Assembly: GCA_045586685.1 (NCBI GenBank)
Contig: JAZNAU010000032.1
Location: forward strand, 13,115 to 77,114
DNA: 64,000 bases
From: Clostridia bacterium
GTDB taxonomy: Bacteria > Bacillota > Clostridia > HGM11514
Direction: 5' to 3'
Positions 49,951 to 58,511 of this stretch are shown in pieces. Every line of letters starts with the position of its first letter. Positions within the stretch are counted from its first letter, which is position 1. Both the position numbers and the translations under genes were made by a program. The notes below the pieces were generated by a model that saw nothing but the letters and a program-made list of their open reading frames with translations, did not search any database and had not been told where the DNA came from.

Positions 49951-51543
49951 TTATCTCTTCAATCCTCTTTCGGTCAGTTCATTTATACCTTTCGGGAAGT
50001 ATTTCTCCGCCAGTTCCTCCTTTGACAGCTTTCCTTCAATGAATTTCTTCATTTCATTCTTCCTGAGTCTCTCTGCCGGTAGATAGTTCCCGTCCATCTT
50101 CACCCGTATCAAAGCCGTCCCGTCTGCAGTCGGTATGATGTCTATTTTCTGCCAGACTTTCCTGTTGTCCTCATACCCGATGAACGGTCTACGTTCATTG
50201 TTTTCAAGTATTCCTTCGTCGGATGCGGATTTCCATCCGATACCGTCCGATATGACACAGTCAGCAAGTTTGACGGTTCTTCCGCTTGCCCTGTTAACAA
50301 GTTCGTTCAGGTAGCTTGCACTCATCATCATCCTGTTCTCCGTATCTTTTCCGTAGATGATGGCAGCACATCCTCCGGCTGTGATGGTAGTATCCGCCAT
50401 ATAGTCAGCAATCCTTTCAAGGTTGCTTTTTGACAGTTCGCTGACCGGTATATGAAAGTTTCCGAGCACTTTCATGTTTGCGTTTAGAACAAGGAATGCA
50501 TATTTTTCCCTTTCTCCGAACCGTTGGGAAGAAAGGAACATGGCCACGTCCCTGCTGCATGTTATCTGCATCATGTCAAGCAGTTTGTATTCCTTATTGA
50601 ATACCATCCGGTCGAAGGAGAATACTGGAATTTCCACCATATCCTCATTCTTCTGTCTTTCATCAAATACAAAGCAGTCCTGTATGCTGTCGCTGAATAT
50701 TCCGTATGCACCGGTATCACTGTTTAGAATGATACCCGGTTGCAGCTTGTTCCCGAAAGATTCCTTCATCCGCATCCAAAGTTCCTTGTCTTCCATGGAC
50801 GCAAGTACTCTTCCCGACGGATGGTTGTGAACCAGATATATTTTCTCCGGTTTGAATTTCTTGTTTGCTTTCACTGCAGCCGCTACATCCACTGCTGTCG
50901 AGAGCATGGAACCTATACCCGTTTCGAGAATGATACATTCCTTGCCTTTCGTCATGACGATGAAGGAATGTTCCGTACTCTTGCTTTCCAGTTGACGGAA
51001 TATCCATGCCACATCTTCTGCATTCCGGATCCTTTCTCTTCCCATGAATGAAAAGTTTCCTTTCAGAGTGAATACCCTTTCAGCATGTGACATGTTCCCA
51101 GGCATCAGTCTCTTACCGAAATCCTCGTCAAATGCCGTCATCCGTGAAGCGGTATTTCCTTTTCTATTCATGAACTTTGCATATTCACCTTTATGTACTT
51201 CTATGATACGGTTGATTTCTCCCGTATCGGTTACATTTCTTTTTTTCCTGTTTGCAAAGGCCGCCATTGACACATCCGTTGACCTGTCAGGCTTGAAGTT
51301 GCCAAGGAGGAACGCAACCTGTTTGTCGCTTCTTCCCTCCATCCGTCCGGTATTCCCTATATGATAGTCCTCCAGTACAAGATTCCCGTTTTTCTTTGGG
51401 GATTCCCTATACCGGTCTATTGCTGCTGAAAGCCATTCTTTCCAAATATTTTCCCTGTCCTTTTCTTCATATATGTCAGTGACGAGTATTTCCGTTTCCG
51501 TTTTCAACAGAATTACGCCTCCGTAAAAATTTCCCTTTTCCAT
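49951..51543 (-). CDS. JAB/RadC-domain protein
   Basis: HNHPSG...S.ED motif plus a second degenerate RadC-like unit and the shared C-terminal domain. Confidence 0.8.
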   Translation of the reverse strand: MEKGNFYGGVILLKTETEILVTDIYEEKDRENIWKEWLSAAIDRYRESPKKNGNLVLEDYHIGNTGRMEGRSDKQVAFLLGNFKPDRSTDVSMAAFANRKKRNVTDTGEINRIIEVHKGEYAKFMNRKGNTASRMTAFDEDFGKRLMPGNMSHAERVFTLKGNFSFMGRERIRNAEDVAWIFRQLESKSTEHSFIVMTKGKECIILETGIGSMLSTAVDVAAAVKANKKFKPEKIYLVHNHPSGRVLASMEDKELWMRMKESFGNKLQPGIILNSDTGAYGIFSDSIQDCFVFDERQKNEDMVEIPVFSFDRMVFNKEYKLLDMMQITCSRDVAMFLSSQRFGEREKYAFLVLNANMKVLGNFHIPVSELSKSNLERIADYMADTTITAGGCAAIIYGKDTENRMMMSASYLNELVNRASGRTVKLADCVISDGIGWKSASDEGILENNERRPFIGYEDNRKVWQKIDIIPTADGTALIRVKMDGNYLPAERLRKNEMKKFIEGKLSKEELAEKYFPKGINELTERGLKR

Positions 51544-51556
51544 AATCGACCTTCAT

Positions 51557-52270
51557 TTATCTTTTCATTGTCCGTCTGCCGGCTTCTTCCATTCCGGAAG
51601 ACATGTCTTTCGACGGTTTTTCCTCCCTTGCTCTTTCTGTGATGGAACCGGTGATGCTATAATGGGGGATTCTGCTTCCCTCGGTAATGATGCTGCCTTC
51701 CTTTACGGTTACCTCATTGCCTATTGTCGTACCGTTTCCTATTTTTGACATACTTTCTATACGTGTCTTTTCTCCTATAAAAAGATTGTCGCCCAGTTCC
51801 GAATGTTCCTCCACCTCTGAGCTGTTGTTTATGATGCTGTATCTACCTATGGTACAATGCCCTGCTATATGGCAGTTTTTCCCGATTTCCCCTCCTTCCT
51901 TGATGGTCACATCATTTTTCACGAAAGCATTGAAACCGACAAAAGAATCCTTCTCCATTGTCACGTTTCCCAACAGGCAGGCTTTTTCCGCAACTATCGC
52001 CATATTGCCGATTTTGCATCCGCTCCCAATATATGCACCTTTATCGATGACCGCTTCATCCCCTATTGATGTTCCGTTTTCAATGGTGCATCCATCGCCG
52101 AGCATGGTCATATAGCCGAGTTTGACCGTTTCTCCTATGCGTATTTTCCTTTCTTCCAGTTCAGGCATAATTTCACTGATGGAATAGAATCGTCTTTCTC
52201 TCCAGTCATTCATGTTCCCCTCCTGGAGATACACTACGTTCCTTCTTGTATTTTCATCGTTTCTTTCCAT
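51557..52270 (-). CDS. Hexapeptide-repeat (left-handed beta-helix) protein
   Basis: Long run of [IV]GxxxxI repeats. Tail GRRTMKR. Confidence 0.8.
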   Translation of the reverse strand: MERNDENTRRNVVYLQEGNMNDWRERRFYSISEIMPELEERKIRIGETVKLGYMTMLGDGCTIENGTSIGDEAVIDKGAYIGSGCKIGNMAIVAEKACLLGNVTMEKDSFVGFNAFVKNDVTIKEGGEIGKNCHIAGHCTIGRYSIINNSSEVEEHSELGDNLFIGEKTRIESMSKIGNGTTIGNEVTVKEGSIITEGSRIPHYSITGSITERAREEKPSKDMSSGMEEAGRRTMKR

Positions 52271-52271
52271 C

Positions 52272-53426
52272 CTATCTTTTGTGGGAAACAACCCTTTCCC
52301 TATTGTTCGTCAGTTCTGATTCGAAATATTTTGCGGCAAGCAATATCTTGTCCTTTCCTCCGAGCATTTCTTCCTTGTCCTTTTCGGTCATTTTGCAGCC
52401 CAGTGTCGCTTTTCCGTCCAGAAAGCATCTTATATTGATTTTTCCGTCCGATGACGGATAGAATCTCACATTTTCGATTCTCTTGTACAGGGGCTTTTCC
52501 TTATGGATTGAAAGGATGGATGAAAGTCTTTTCTCCTCCCCTTTCCGTATATCCATTCCTTTGATTATTTCCATCACTTCCCGGTACGGGACATTTTCTA
52601 TCTGGAGATTGTCAAGCATGTCCGTCCTTAACGGAACCCTTACCCTTACCCCCTTCATGTCTTCATTTCCGTTCAGCATGACCGTAGCGGCATTCACATC
52701 CGACGGGTATCCCCTGTTTCCGAGCATATTGCTGTAATAGGTATGTGAATCCGCGAATATTTGGGAATAGTCTTTTGGAAGCAATGCCAGTGATGCTTTA
52801 AGTTCCCCGTATTGAACCAGTAAATCATTGTTGAAGTCGTCCAATAATCCGTCAAATTCCCGTTCCTCTTCATTTTGTGATTCACATTGTTCCATTTTAA
52901 CAAGATGTGCAATGCTTTCTTTGGCAAGGTTTATTTCCACTCCTTCAGGGAATAATGAAAGTAATCTTTCAGTTACATCATTATTGTCGTAGAGGATGAC
53001 TTCCTTCCCTTTTTCAATCGTTTCCAATTCCGCTTTCGGATATTTCCTGATGATTCTATCGAGGTAGTCATCGCCCGAAAGGACCAGTTCACACCTTCTG
53101 ACCATTTCTTCCGCTATAGCCTTTGCTTCATTCTCCCCGAAAGCGGAGATGTCCACCTTTTTCTGTAGAACTTCAATGACGGAGAACAGATGTTCCTTTT
53201 CACCCGACAACTTCTTTGGCAAGGTCTGTTCAGTCAAGTAGAAGAAGTTTTCATTCTCCGCTGTGAAATTCCTTTCAATGAAATCACCGTCATCAAGTAC
53301 AATTTCTTCTTTTTGTATGCGTTCATCAAGGATTCTTTCCGCTTCCGTACTGTTTTCCGCTTTGATGGAAATGTCCCTTGCAAGAAGTTCCGTTACGGTT
53401 ATCTGATAAATCTTGTTTTCCTTCAT
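52272..53426 (-). CDS. DpnD/PcfM-like tandem-domain protein
   Basis: Two V.E.L...V.I.A....EA......EIVL...D[FY] units plus the shared C-terminal domain. Confidence 0.7.
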   Translation of the reverse strand: MKENKIYQITVTELLARDISIKAENSTEAERILDERIQKEEIVLDDGDFIERNFTAENENFFYLTEQTLPKKLSGEKEHLFSVIEVLQKKVDISAFGENEAKAIAEEMVRRCELVLSGDDYLDRIIRKYPKAELETIEKGKEVILYDNNDVTERLLSLFPEGVEINLAKESIAHLVKMEQCESQNEEEREFDGLLDDFNNDLLVQYGELKASLALLPKDYSQIFADSHTYYSNMLGNRGYPSDVNAATVMLNGNEDMKGVRVRVPLRTDMLDNLQIENVPYREVMEIIKGMDIRKGEEKRLSSILSIHKEKPLYKRIENVRFYPSSDGKINIRCFLDGKATLGCKMTEKDKEEMLGGKDKILLAAKYFESELTNNRERVVSHKR

Positions 53427-53471
53427 GTTTCCGTTTTTGTACAGGGGGCGGAATTCCGTCCCCTGCCGGTT

Positions 53472-56075
53472 TTATCTTGAAATTCCTTTCTTCACTTCCT
53501 GTTTCTGCCCATCCAGCTCGTTCTTGAAATATTTTGCCGCCAGTTCCGCTTTACGCATTTCCTTGTCTTCCGGCGACATTTCCTTGAATCCCTCAAAGAA
53601 GGCTCTTGTATGTTGCGGTCTTACTCTTGTACCGGTCATCTGCACGCCGTCGATCTTGCAGCGGACAGCATAGGTCTTCCCGTCCTGCATCTTGTACACG
53701 CTTGTATCGGTAATCCTTGCCTTTGTTTCCGGTGTTATTTTGGGCAGCGGTTTCGGGAAATAGAGTGCCTTCAGCTGTTCCCTTCGTTTGTTGACTTCAT
53801 CTATACCCTGTCCTTTCAAACCTTCGAAATACTGTTTCGTGTCTTCGTCGGACATCTGGCGAGTCTTGCTCCGTACACCGTTTTCCACAAAATAGACACC
53901 ATATTTCCCATTGTCCATCTTATAGACGTTGATACCGTCCTTCATTTCTTTCTTAGATTCATTTTTTTCTTCCATATCCATATCTGTTTTAGAGTTAGAA
54001 ATTCCATTTTCCTGTTGTATTGCAGCCATTCTGTCCTCTTTTTCCTTCAGCATCCTTGCTGCATAGTCTACCAGTTCCTCTTCCGTCAGCCATTGCGGCT
54101 TTTCATCCAGGCTGTACCAGAATCCTTTCATAGCCTGTATCTGTTCTTCTACATTTTTTGCCCACAGCTGTTCTTCGGACCCGTGATTTTCAAGATAATA
54201 TTTGCAGTCCTCCACCATTCTTCCGAGAAGCATGTAACTATGCCGGACATCTCTTTCATCCGTCACAGTTTTTTCCTGTATTTCCCCTCTTTCCATGGTT
54301 TTGTTCTTTTCGTATTCCTCGATATCCATATATTTTTCAGGTTCATCGGAAATGATAGTCCTTCCAGAACATACATAATGTTTGCCTTCTACCGTTTCCA
54401 ACGAATATCTCTGTTCTGCACCGGAAACGGGATTAAGTTCGATTTTGCTTGGAGGATTCAAAGGATCCAATGCCAGTTTTCCGTCATCTGCAAGCAAGTT
54501 ACCTGTTCTTGCGGTTTCTTCTATCCTTGCCTTGTTCTCCGGTGTGAACTCCTTGTATATGGTAACTTGTCTGTCGCATGATATATGTCCCTTGTATTCG
54601 AGATCGCCCTCTTCCCAAAAGGAAATTCCGTTTCCGAGATAAGCGGAATGGAGCTTCTTTCCTTGTTCCGTCGATACATTCCTCCTCAGTTCTGCAGGCG
54701 GAAGATCGCATATGGCCACTTTCTCCCCTGCACGCACCAGTTTCGGCAGGAAAGTATCAAGCATCTCAGCCGGGAACGATGCGTAGGGTATCTTCCTTTC
54801 ATCCCCGAAGTCCCTGTTGCTACGTATGATACCGAGCAGTTCTGCACATCTTATTGCATCCGCGTTGAAAACCTCATACACTTTCGTGTTCCTGAAAAGC
54901 AATATGGCGTTCGGGAAGCGTTTTTTCAGCGTTTCAAAGGAAAGCCGGTCCGTATTGTCATTGTCGCTTCCTGCTGTCCTTCTTGCAACTGCATCCTTGA
55001 TGCTGAAATTCTCCAGCTCGGAAACTGAAGGAATACGTTTGGCGTTCTCTTCATTCCTCCTTTCTATGAATTCGCCTATATTTTTTATGGTGTTTTCCTT
55101 AATTTTTTCCCTTACTTCCTGGTTGCATACATTTTCCTGTATCATGTTTGCCGCCTTGGAGACATCTCCGAGTATGCTCATGATGAATTGCGGTTGTTCC
55201 TTCAGCGTGTCTATCCATGATTGCAGATAGGCGACATTGTTATCCTGTATGGTGGAAGTCAGCCCCATAACATTCATGCTCAATGCCGCCGTCAATTCTG
55301 CAACCAGTTCTTCCCTTGCATAGCCTTTATCCCCGAAGGTATTGTTCATTTCCCTGTTCAACCTTTGCTCCGAACCGGTGGAATGGGCCATTTCATGAAG
55401 TAATGTCCCATAGAATTCCTCCCCGTCCTTGAATTGTTGTTTCAAAGGTATGGTGATGCTGTCTTTGGAAATACTATAGAATGCACTGTTGGATTTTGTC
55501 ACATTCACGGGACATATCCATGAATTGTTCTCCAGCATATAGTCCAGTTCCGGGCATACGGTTATACCTTCATTGTTGACAAGTTTTGAAAGATTGAATC
55601 TTTCCTTTATTTTCTCCCACCTTTCCGGTTTCGCTTCCGGGAGCGTTGTCTGTTCCACATTGAAGACGTTGAAGTATTTGATGAACGGTACAACCTTATA
55701 CCGTTCTTTCTCCGAATCAGAAAGTTTTCTGTAATCATCTATACTTATCCTTTCTCCGGATTCTCTGTCTTTTACTGAAAAGTTCCAGAAATGCACAGGA
55801 AAGGATGTTTCTCCTTTCTTTACGGAAACGCCTTCCTCCATTGCTTGCTTGAATGTCATATATACGGGTGTGGTATATTTCTTTTCTTCCTGCAACATGA
55901 GCAGCATAAGGCTGTTCCAGCCGCCATATGCTCTTCCGTTCAAGTTTTCAGGGAGTGCGGCAGCCGTACAGTTCAGCCAAGGCTGTTTCCAGTCAAGAGC
56001 CATGCTTTCCATTTTCCTTATCATCATTTCCGCAAATACGGTGATGTTCTTGTCTTCAATTCTGGAATTCTTCAT
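53472..56075 (-). CDS. ArdC-family polyvalent protein (ssDNA-binding + zincin + MutS-I-like + LPD11-like)
   Basis: WKQPW, GRAYGGWN, YMTFKQA, FNVEQT, HEMAHSTG, YAREELVAE, LVRAGEKVAICD and YMLLGRMVEDCKYYL. Confidence 0.85.
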   Translation of the reverse strand: MKNSRIEDKNITVFAEMMIRKMESMALDWKQPWLNCTAAALPENLNGRAYGGWNSLMLLMLQEEKKYTTPVYMTFKQAMEEGVSVKKGETSFPVHFWNFSVKDRESGERISIDDYRKLSDSEKERYKVVPFIKYFNVFNVEQTTLPEAKPERWEKIKERFNLSKLVNNEGITVCPELDYMLENNSWICPVNVTKSNSAFYSISKDSITIPLKQQFKDGEEFYGTLLHEMAHSTGSEQRLNREMNNTFGDKGYAREELVAELTAALSMNVMGLTSTIQDNNVAYLQSWIDTLKEQPQFIMSILGDVSKAANMIQENVCNQEVREKIKENTIKNIGEFIERRNEENAKRIPSVSELENFSIKDAVARRTAGSDNDNTDRLSFETLKKRFPNAILLFRNTKVYEVFNADAIRCAELLGIIRSNRDFGDERKIPYASFPAEMLDTFLPKLVRAGEKVAICDLPPAELRRNVSTEQGKKLHSAYLGNGISFWEEGDLEYKGHISCDRQVTIYKEFTPENKARIEETARTGNLLADDGKLALDPLNPPSKIELNPVSGAEQRYSLETVEGKHYVCSGRTIISDEPEKYMDIEEYEKNKTMERGEIQEKTVTDERDVRHSYMLLGRMVEDCKYYLENHGSEEQLWAKNVEEQIQAMKGFWYSLDEKPQWLTEEELVDYAARMLKEKEDRMAAIQQENGISNSKTDMDMEEKNESKKEMKDGINVYKMDNGKYGVYFVENGVRSKTRQMSDEDTKQYFEGLKGQGIDEVNKRREQLKALYFPKPLPKITPETKARITDTSVYKMQDGKTYAVRCKIDGVQMTGTRVRPQHTRAFFEGFKEMSPEDKEMRKAELAAKYFKNELDGQKQEVKKGISR

Positions 56076-56097
56076 GATAAATCCATTTTTCCGTCAT

Positions 56098-56832
56098 TTA
56101 AAAGGTTCTTCCCCTTGAATAACCTTTTCCTCTTTCCTGTTCCCTTTCCCTTTCCATTTCTTTCCGGTATTCCCATCCGTTTTCGGAGGTCTGCCAATAT
56201 CCTGTTGCACCCGGTGTTATTCTGTCCCATTCAATTAGTTTCTTAATTCTCCATTCGTCAAGGTCACCTTTGATGACCTTGAATCCTGTACGGTCATTGA
56301 GATCTACACCAACTGTTACGGTCGTATCTTCCATATGGATTTCGACAGGTTCCCCGTTCCGTAAGCGTTCTTTCTGTTCTCCACCGATCACTGCTTCCCC
56401 TATGGCATCAGGTATATGTATTTCACTTGCCTTTACATGCATGACAGTGTTCGTTTCCTTGTCAAGCTGGAGGTAGCACCGTTCCGTCCCGTTCCCTCTG
56501 TCTATGGATTTAACTATGGTTTGGTTGTCTTTAAGCTTTCCCAGTTCCTTCTCTGTCAATGAAAAGTCATTTCTTATTTCCTTCATTGAAGGGAATATTC
56601 GTAGTGCGGTCGTACCGTCCGCATTCCTGTGGAGCTTAACTTTTGCAGGAAGGGAATAAATCTTCCCGTTCTTGCCTTCAATACTGAGTTTCATCAATGG
56701 AGACAATCTGCCTGTAAGTAGATTGTCCAATGCTTTCTTTGGCAGATCAAGGAAAGCTTCTTTCGCTATGCCGTATTGTTCCAGCTCTCCGAATGGTATT
56801 TCTTTTGCCTTAAACAAGTTTTTCATATTCAT
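56098..56832 (-). CDS. DUF4099/DUF3945-like conjugation-associated protein
   Basis: EIPF.ELEQYGI..LLTGRLSP, YLQLDKETN. Tail ERGKGYSRGRTF. Confidence 0.7.
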   Translation of the reverse strand: MNMKNLFKAKEIPFGELEQYGIAKEAFLDLPKKALDNLLTGRLSPLMKLSIEGKNGKIYSLPAKVKLHRNADGTTALRIFPSMKEIRNDFSLTEKELGKLKDNQTIVKSIDRGNGTERCYLQLDKETNTVMHVKASEIHIPDAIGEAVIGGEQKERLRNGEPVEIHMEDTTVTVGVDLNDRTGFKVIKGDLDEWRIKKLIEWDRITPGATGYWQTSENGWEYRKEMEREREQERGKGYSRGRTF

Positions 56833-56848
56833 AAAAAGAATAAAATGA

Positions 56849-56869
56849 TTATCTTTGCAGCAAAGATAA
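56849..56869. promoter_or_regulatory. Palindromic pair of -7 boxes for divergent genes
   Basis: TTATCTTTGC-A-GCAAAGATAA gives TATCTTTG on both strands. Confidence 0.6.
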
Positions 56870-56886
56870 GTCTAAATATTCATTAT

Positions 56887-57579
56887 ATGAAACAAAAGAG
56901 AGTTGTTTTTTTGCTGTTTTTTTCACTGATTCTTGTAAACCGTCTGCCAGCACAGTTTTATACGGTCAAGAAAAAAAAGGACGCTGTCCGCGTTTATTCA
57001 TCAGGTGAAATATCTGATGACAAGGTATTCAACCATATGACGGAATCCATCCGTAAAAATCCACTTTCGGATACCCTGTCATCCCGTCATTCCTCCGCTT
57101 TGGAAGAACTCATGAAGAACAGGCTTCTGTTTTCTTCCCCGCTGGAGAATGATACGCTTATTGTTACTTCACATTATGGCCACCGTCCGGATCCCTTTAG
57201 CGGAAAGCTTAAGTTCCATACGGGAACGGATTATCTTACTTTTTCTGAAAATGTGTATGCCATGATGCCAGGACGTATAAAATCTGTCGGTTACAAGAGG
57301 AAATTGGGAAATTACATTGAAATAGAACATGGTGATTTCACCGTACTTTATGGACATCTCTATACTGTCATAGGAAGAAAAGGGGATTCCTTGGATGCCG
57401 GACAGTCTGTTGGAATATCGGGAAGTACCGGTCGCAGTACCGGAGAGCATCTTCATATTGAGGTAAAATACAAGGGGAAGCGGATGAATCCGCATCCTTT
57501 TGTACTCTATATCTGTAATTACGTGAAATACTTGAGGAACGCCATTTCCGTATCCGGAACGGATTCGGGAAAGCCGTAG
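56887..57579 (+). CDS. M23-family peptidase
   Basis: HTGTD, YGHL and GSTGRSTGEHLHIE. Has a signal peptide. Confidence 0.9.
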   Translation: MKQKRVVFLLFFSLILVNRLPAQFYTVKKKKDAVRVYSSGEISDDKVFNHMTESIRKNPLSDTLSSRHSSALEELMKNRLLFSSPLENDTLIVTSHYGHRPDPFSGKLKFHTGTDYLTFSENVYAMMPGRIKSVGYKRKLGNYIEIEHGDFTVLYGHLYTVIGRKGDSLDAGQSVGISGSTGRSTGEHLHIEVKYKGKRMNPHPFVLYICNYVKYLRNAISVSGTDSGKP

Positions 57580-57604
57580 AATCATTGAAAAGCTTGTGTA
57601 ATGG

Positions 57605-57749
57605 GAATCCCCTGTATCAGCATTTATGCCGATGCAGGGGATTCTTATTATGCGATTATAAGAGATTCTACCAACAGTAGGGAAAGGATTTTGTCAGGTG
57701 GGTGTACGCATCCCCTTTTCATCAGCATTCATGCCGTTGCAAAGGGGAT
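57605..57749. repeat. Two related 40-bp hairpins
   Basis: 57605-57644 and 57710-57749 share ATCCCCT..ATCAGCATT.ATGCCG.TGCA..GGGGAT. Confidence 0.7.
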
Positions 57750-57766
57750 ATGTGCATTCGCCGTCC

Positions 57767-58087
57767 TTATTCTTCTTTTCCCGTTATTCCCGGACATTCT
57801 TCCGCCACTTCTTTTGCGGCAGTTTCCGCTTTCAGAAGCTGCTCATGGGTGAGTGCATGAATGCACTCTATTATAAGCCGTTGCATAGCTATTATCCTCC
57901 ATTCCCGACGGCTTTCTTCATTCTTTATGGCGTTACAGGCACACGCATCAAGGAAGTTTTCCAATGAACCCTTTACTTCTTTTGTAAGGGTTGTCTTGTC
58001 TGATTTAGCCCATGCTATTAGAATGTCATGGGCTGTTGTCATAGCATCACCTTTAATGTTCATAAACTTATCTTTTCTTCCTTTCAT
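57767..58087 (-). CDS. Hypothetical protein
   Basis: 106 aa, overlapping the upstream stop (ATGA). Confidence 0.6.
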   Translation of the reverse strand: MKGRKDKFMNIKGDAMTTAHDILIAWAKSDKTTLTKEVKGSLENFLDACACNAIKNEESRREWRIIAMQRLIIECIHALTHEQLLKAETAAKEVAEECPGITGKEE

Positions 58088-58446
58088 TTTTTGTTGTTTT
58101 CAATCAAATTCAGCTTTCCAATGCAGTTCCGGCTGTGAAATAATTGTTTGAGTTCCTTCGCAGTCAATTTGGAAACGACTGATGTACGCAGATTATCATC
58201 AGAGTAACCTTTGATCTTTTCCAGTTCACGGAAATATTTGTCCATATAAAAGACTCTTTCTTCAGCGTCTGTTATGCTTTCAATCTTGCAGTACAAAAAT
58301 GTGATGGCATTTATCTGTTCCCGTGTTCTTGCTACATGAATCAATCCGTCTATATAACGCATTTCTTCAACAGTTAATTTATGTGGATTGAATGCTTCCG
58401 GATTCAACAACACTGACTCCGGTATTTCTATATTCCTTTTCTTCAT
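58084..58446 (-). CDS. Hypothetical protein
   Basis: 120 aa. Confidence 0.6.
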   Translation of the reverse strand: MKKRNIEIPESVLLNPEAFNPHKLTVEEMRYIDGLIHVARTREQINAITFLYCKIESITDAEERVFYMDKYFRELEKIKGYSDDNLRTSVVSKLTAKELKQLFHSRNCIGKLNLIENNKK

Positions 58447-58511
58447 AAGTCAGTCAAATTTTAATTATAACAATTTAATTGTATTGTTTTCTATTCATGA
58501 ACTTTGCATAT

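Noticed and set aside
53610-54581. 323-aa plus-strand ORF and similar antisense ORFs
   Set aside because: These are shadow frames opposite well-supported genes, with no recognisable motifs.
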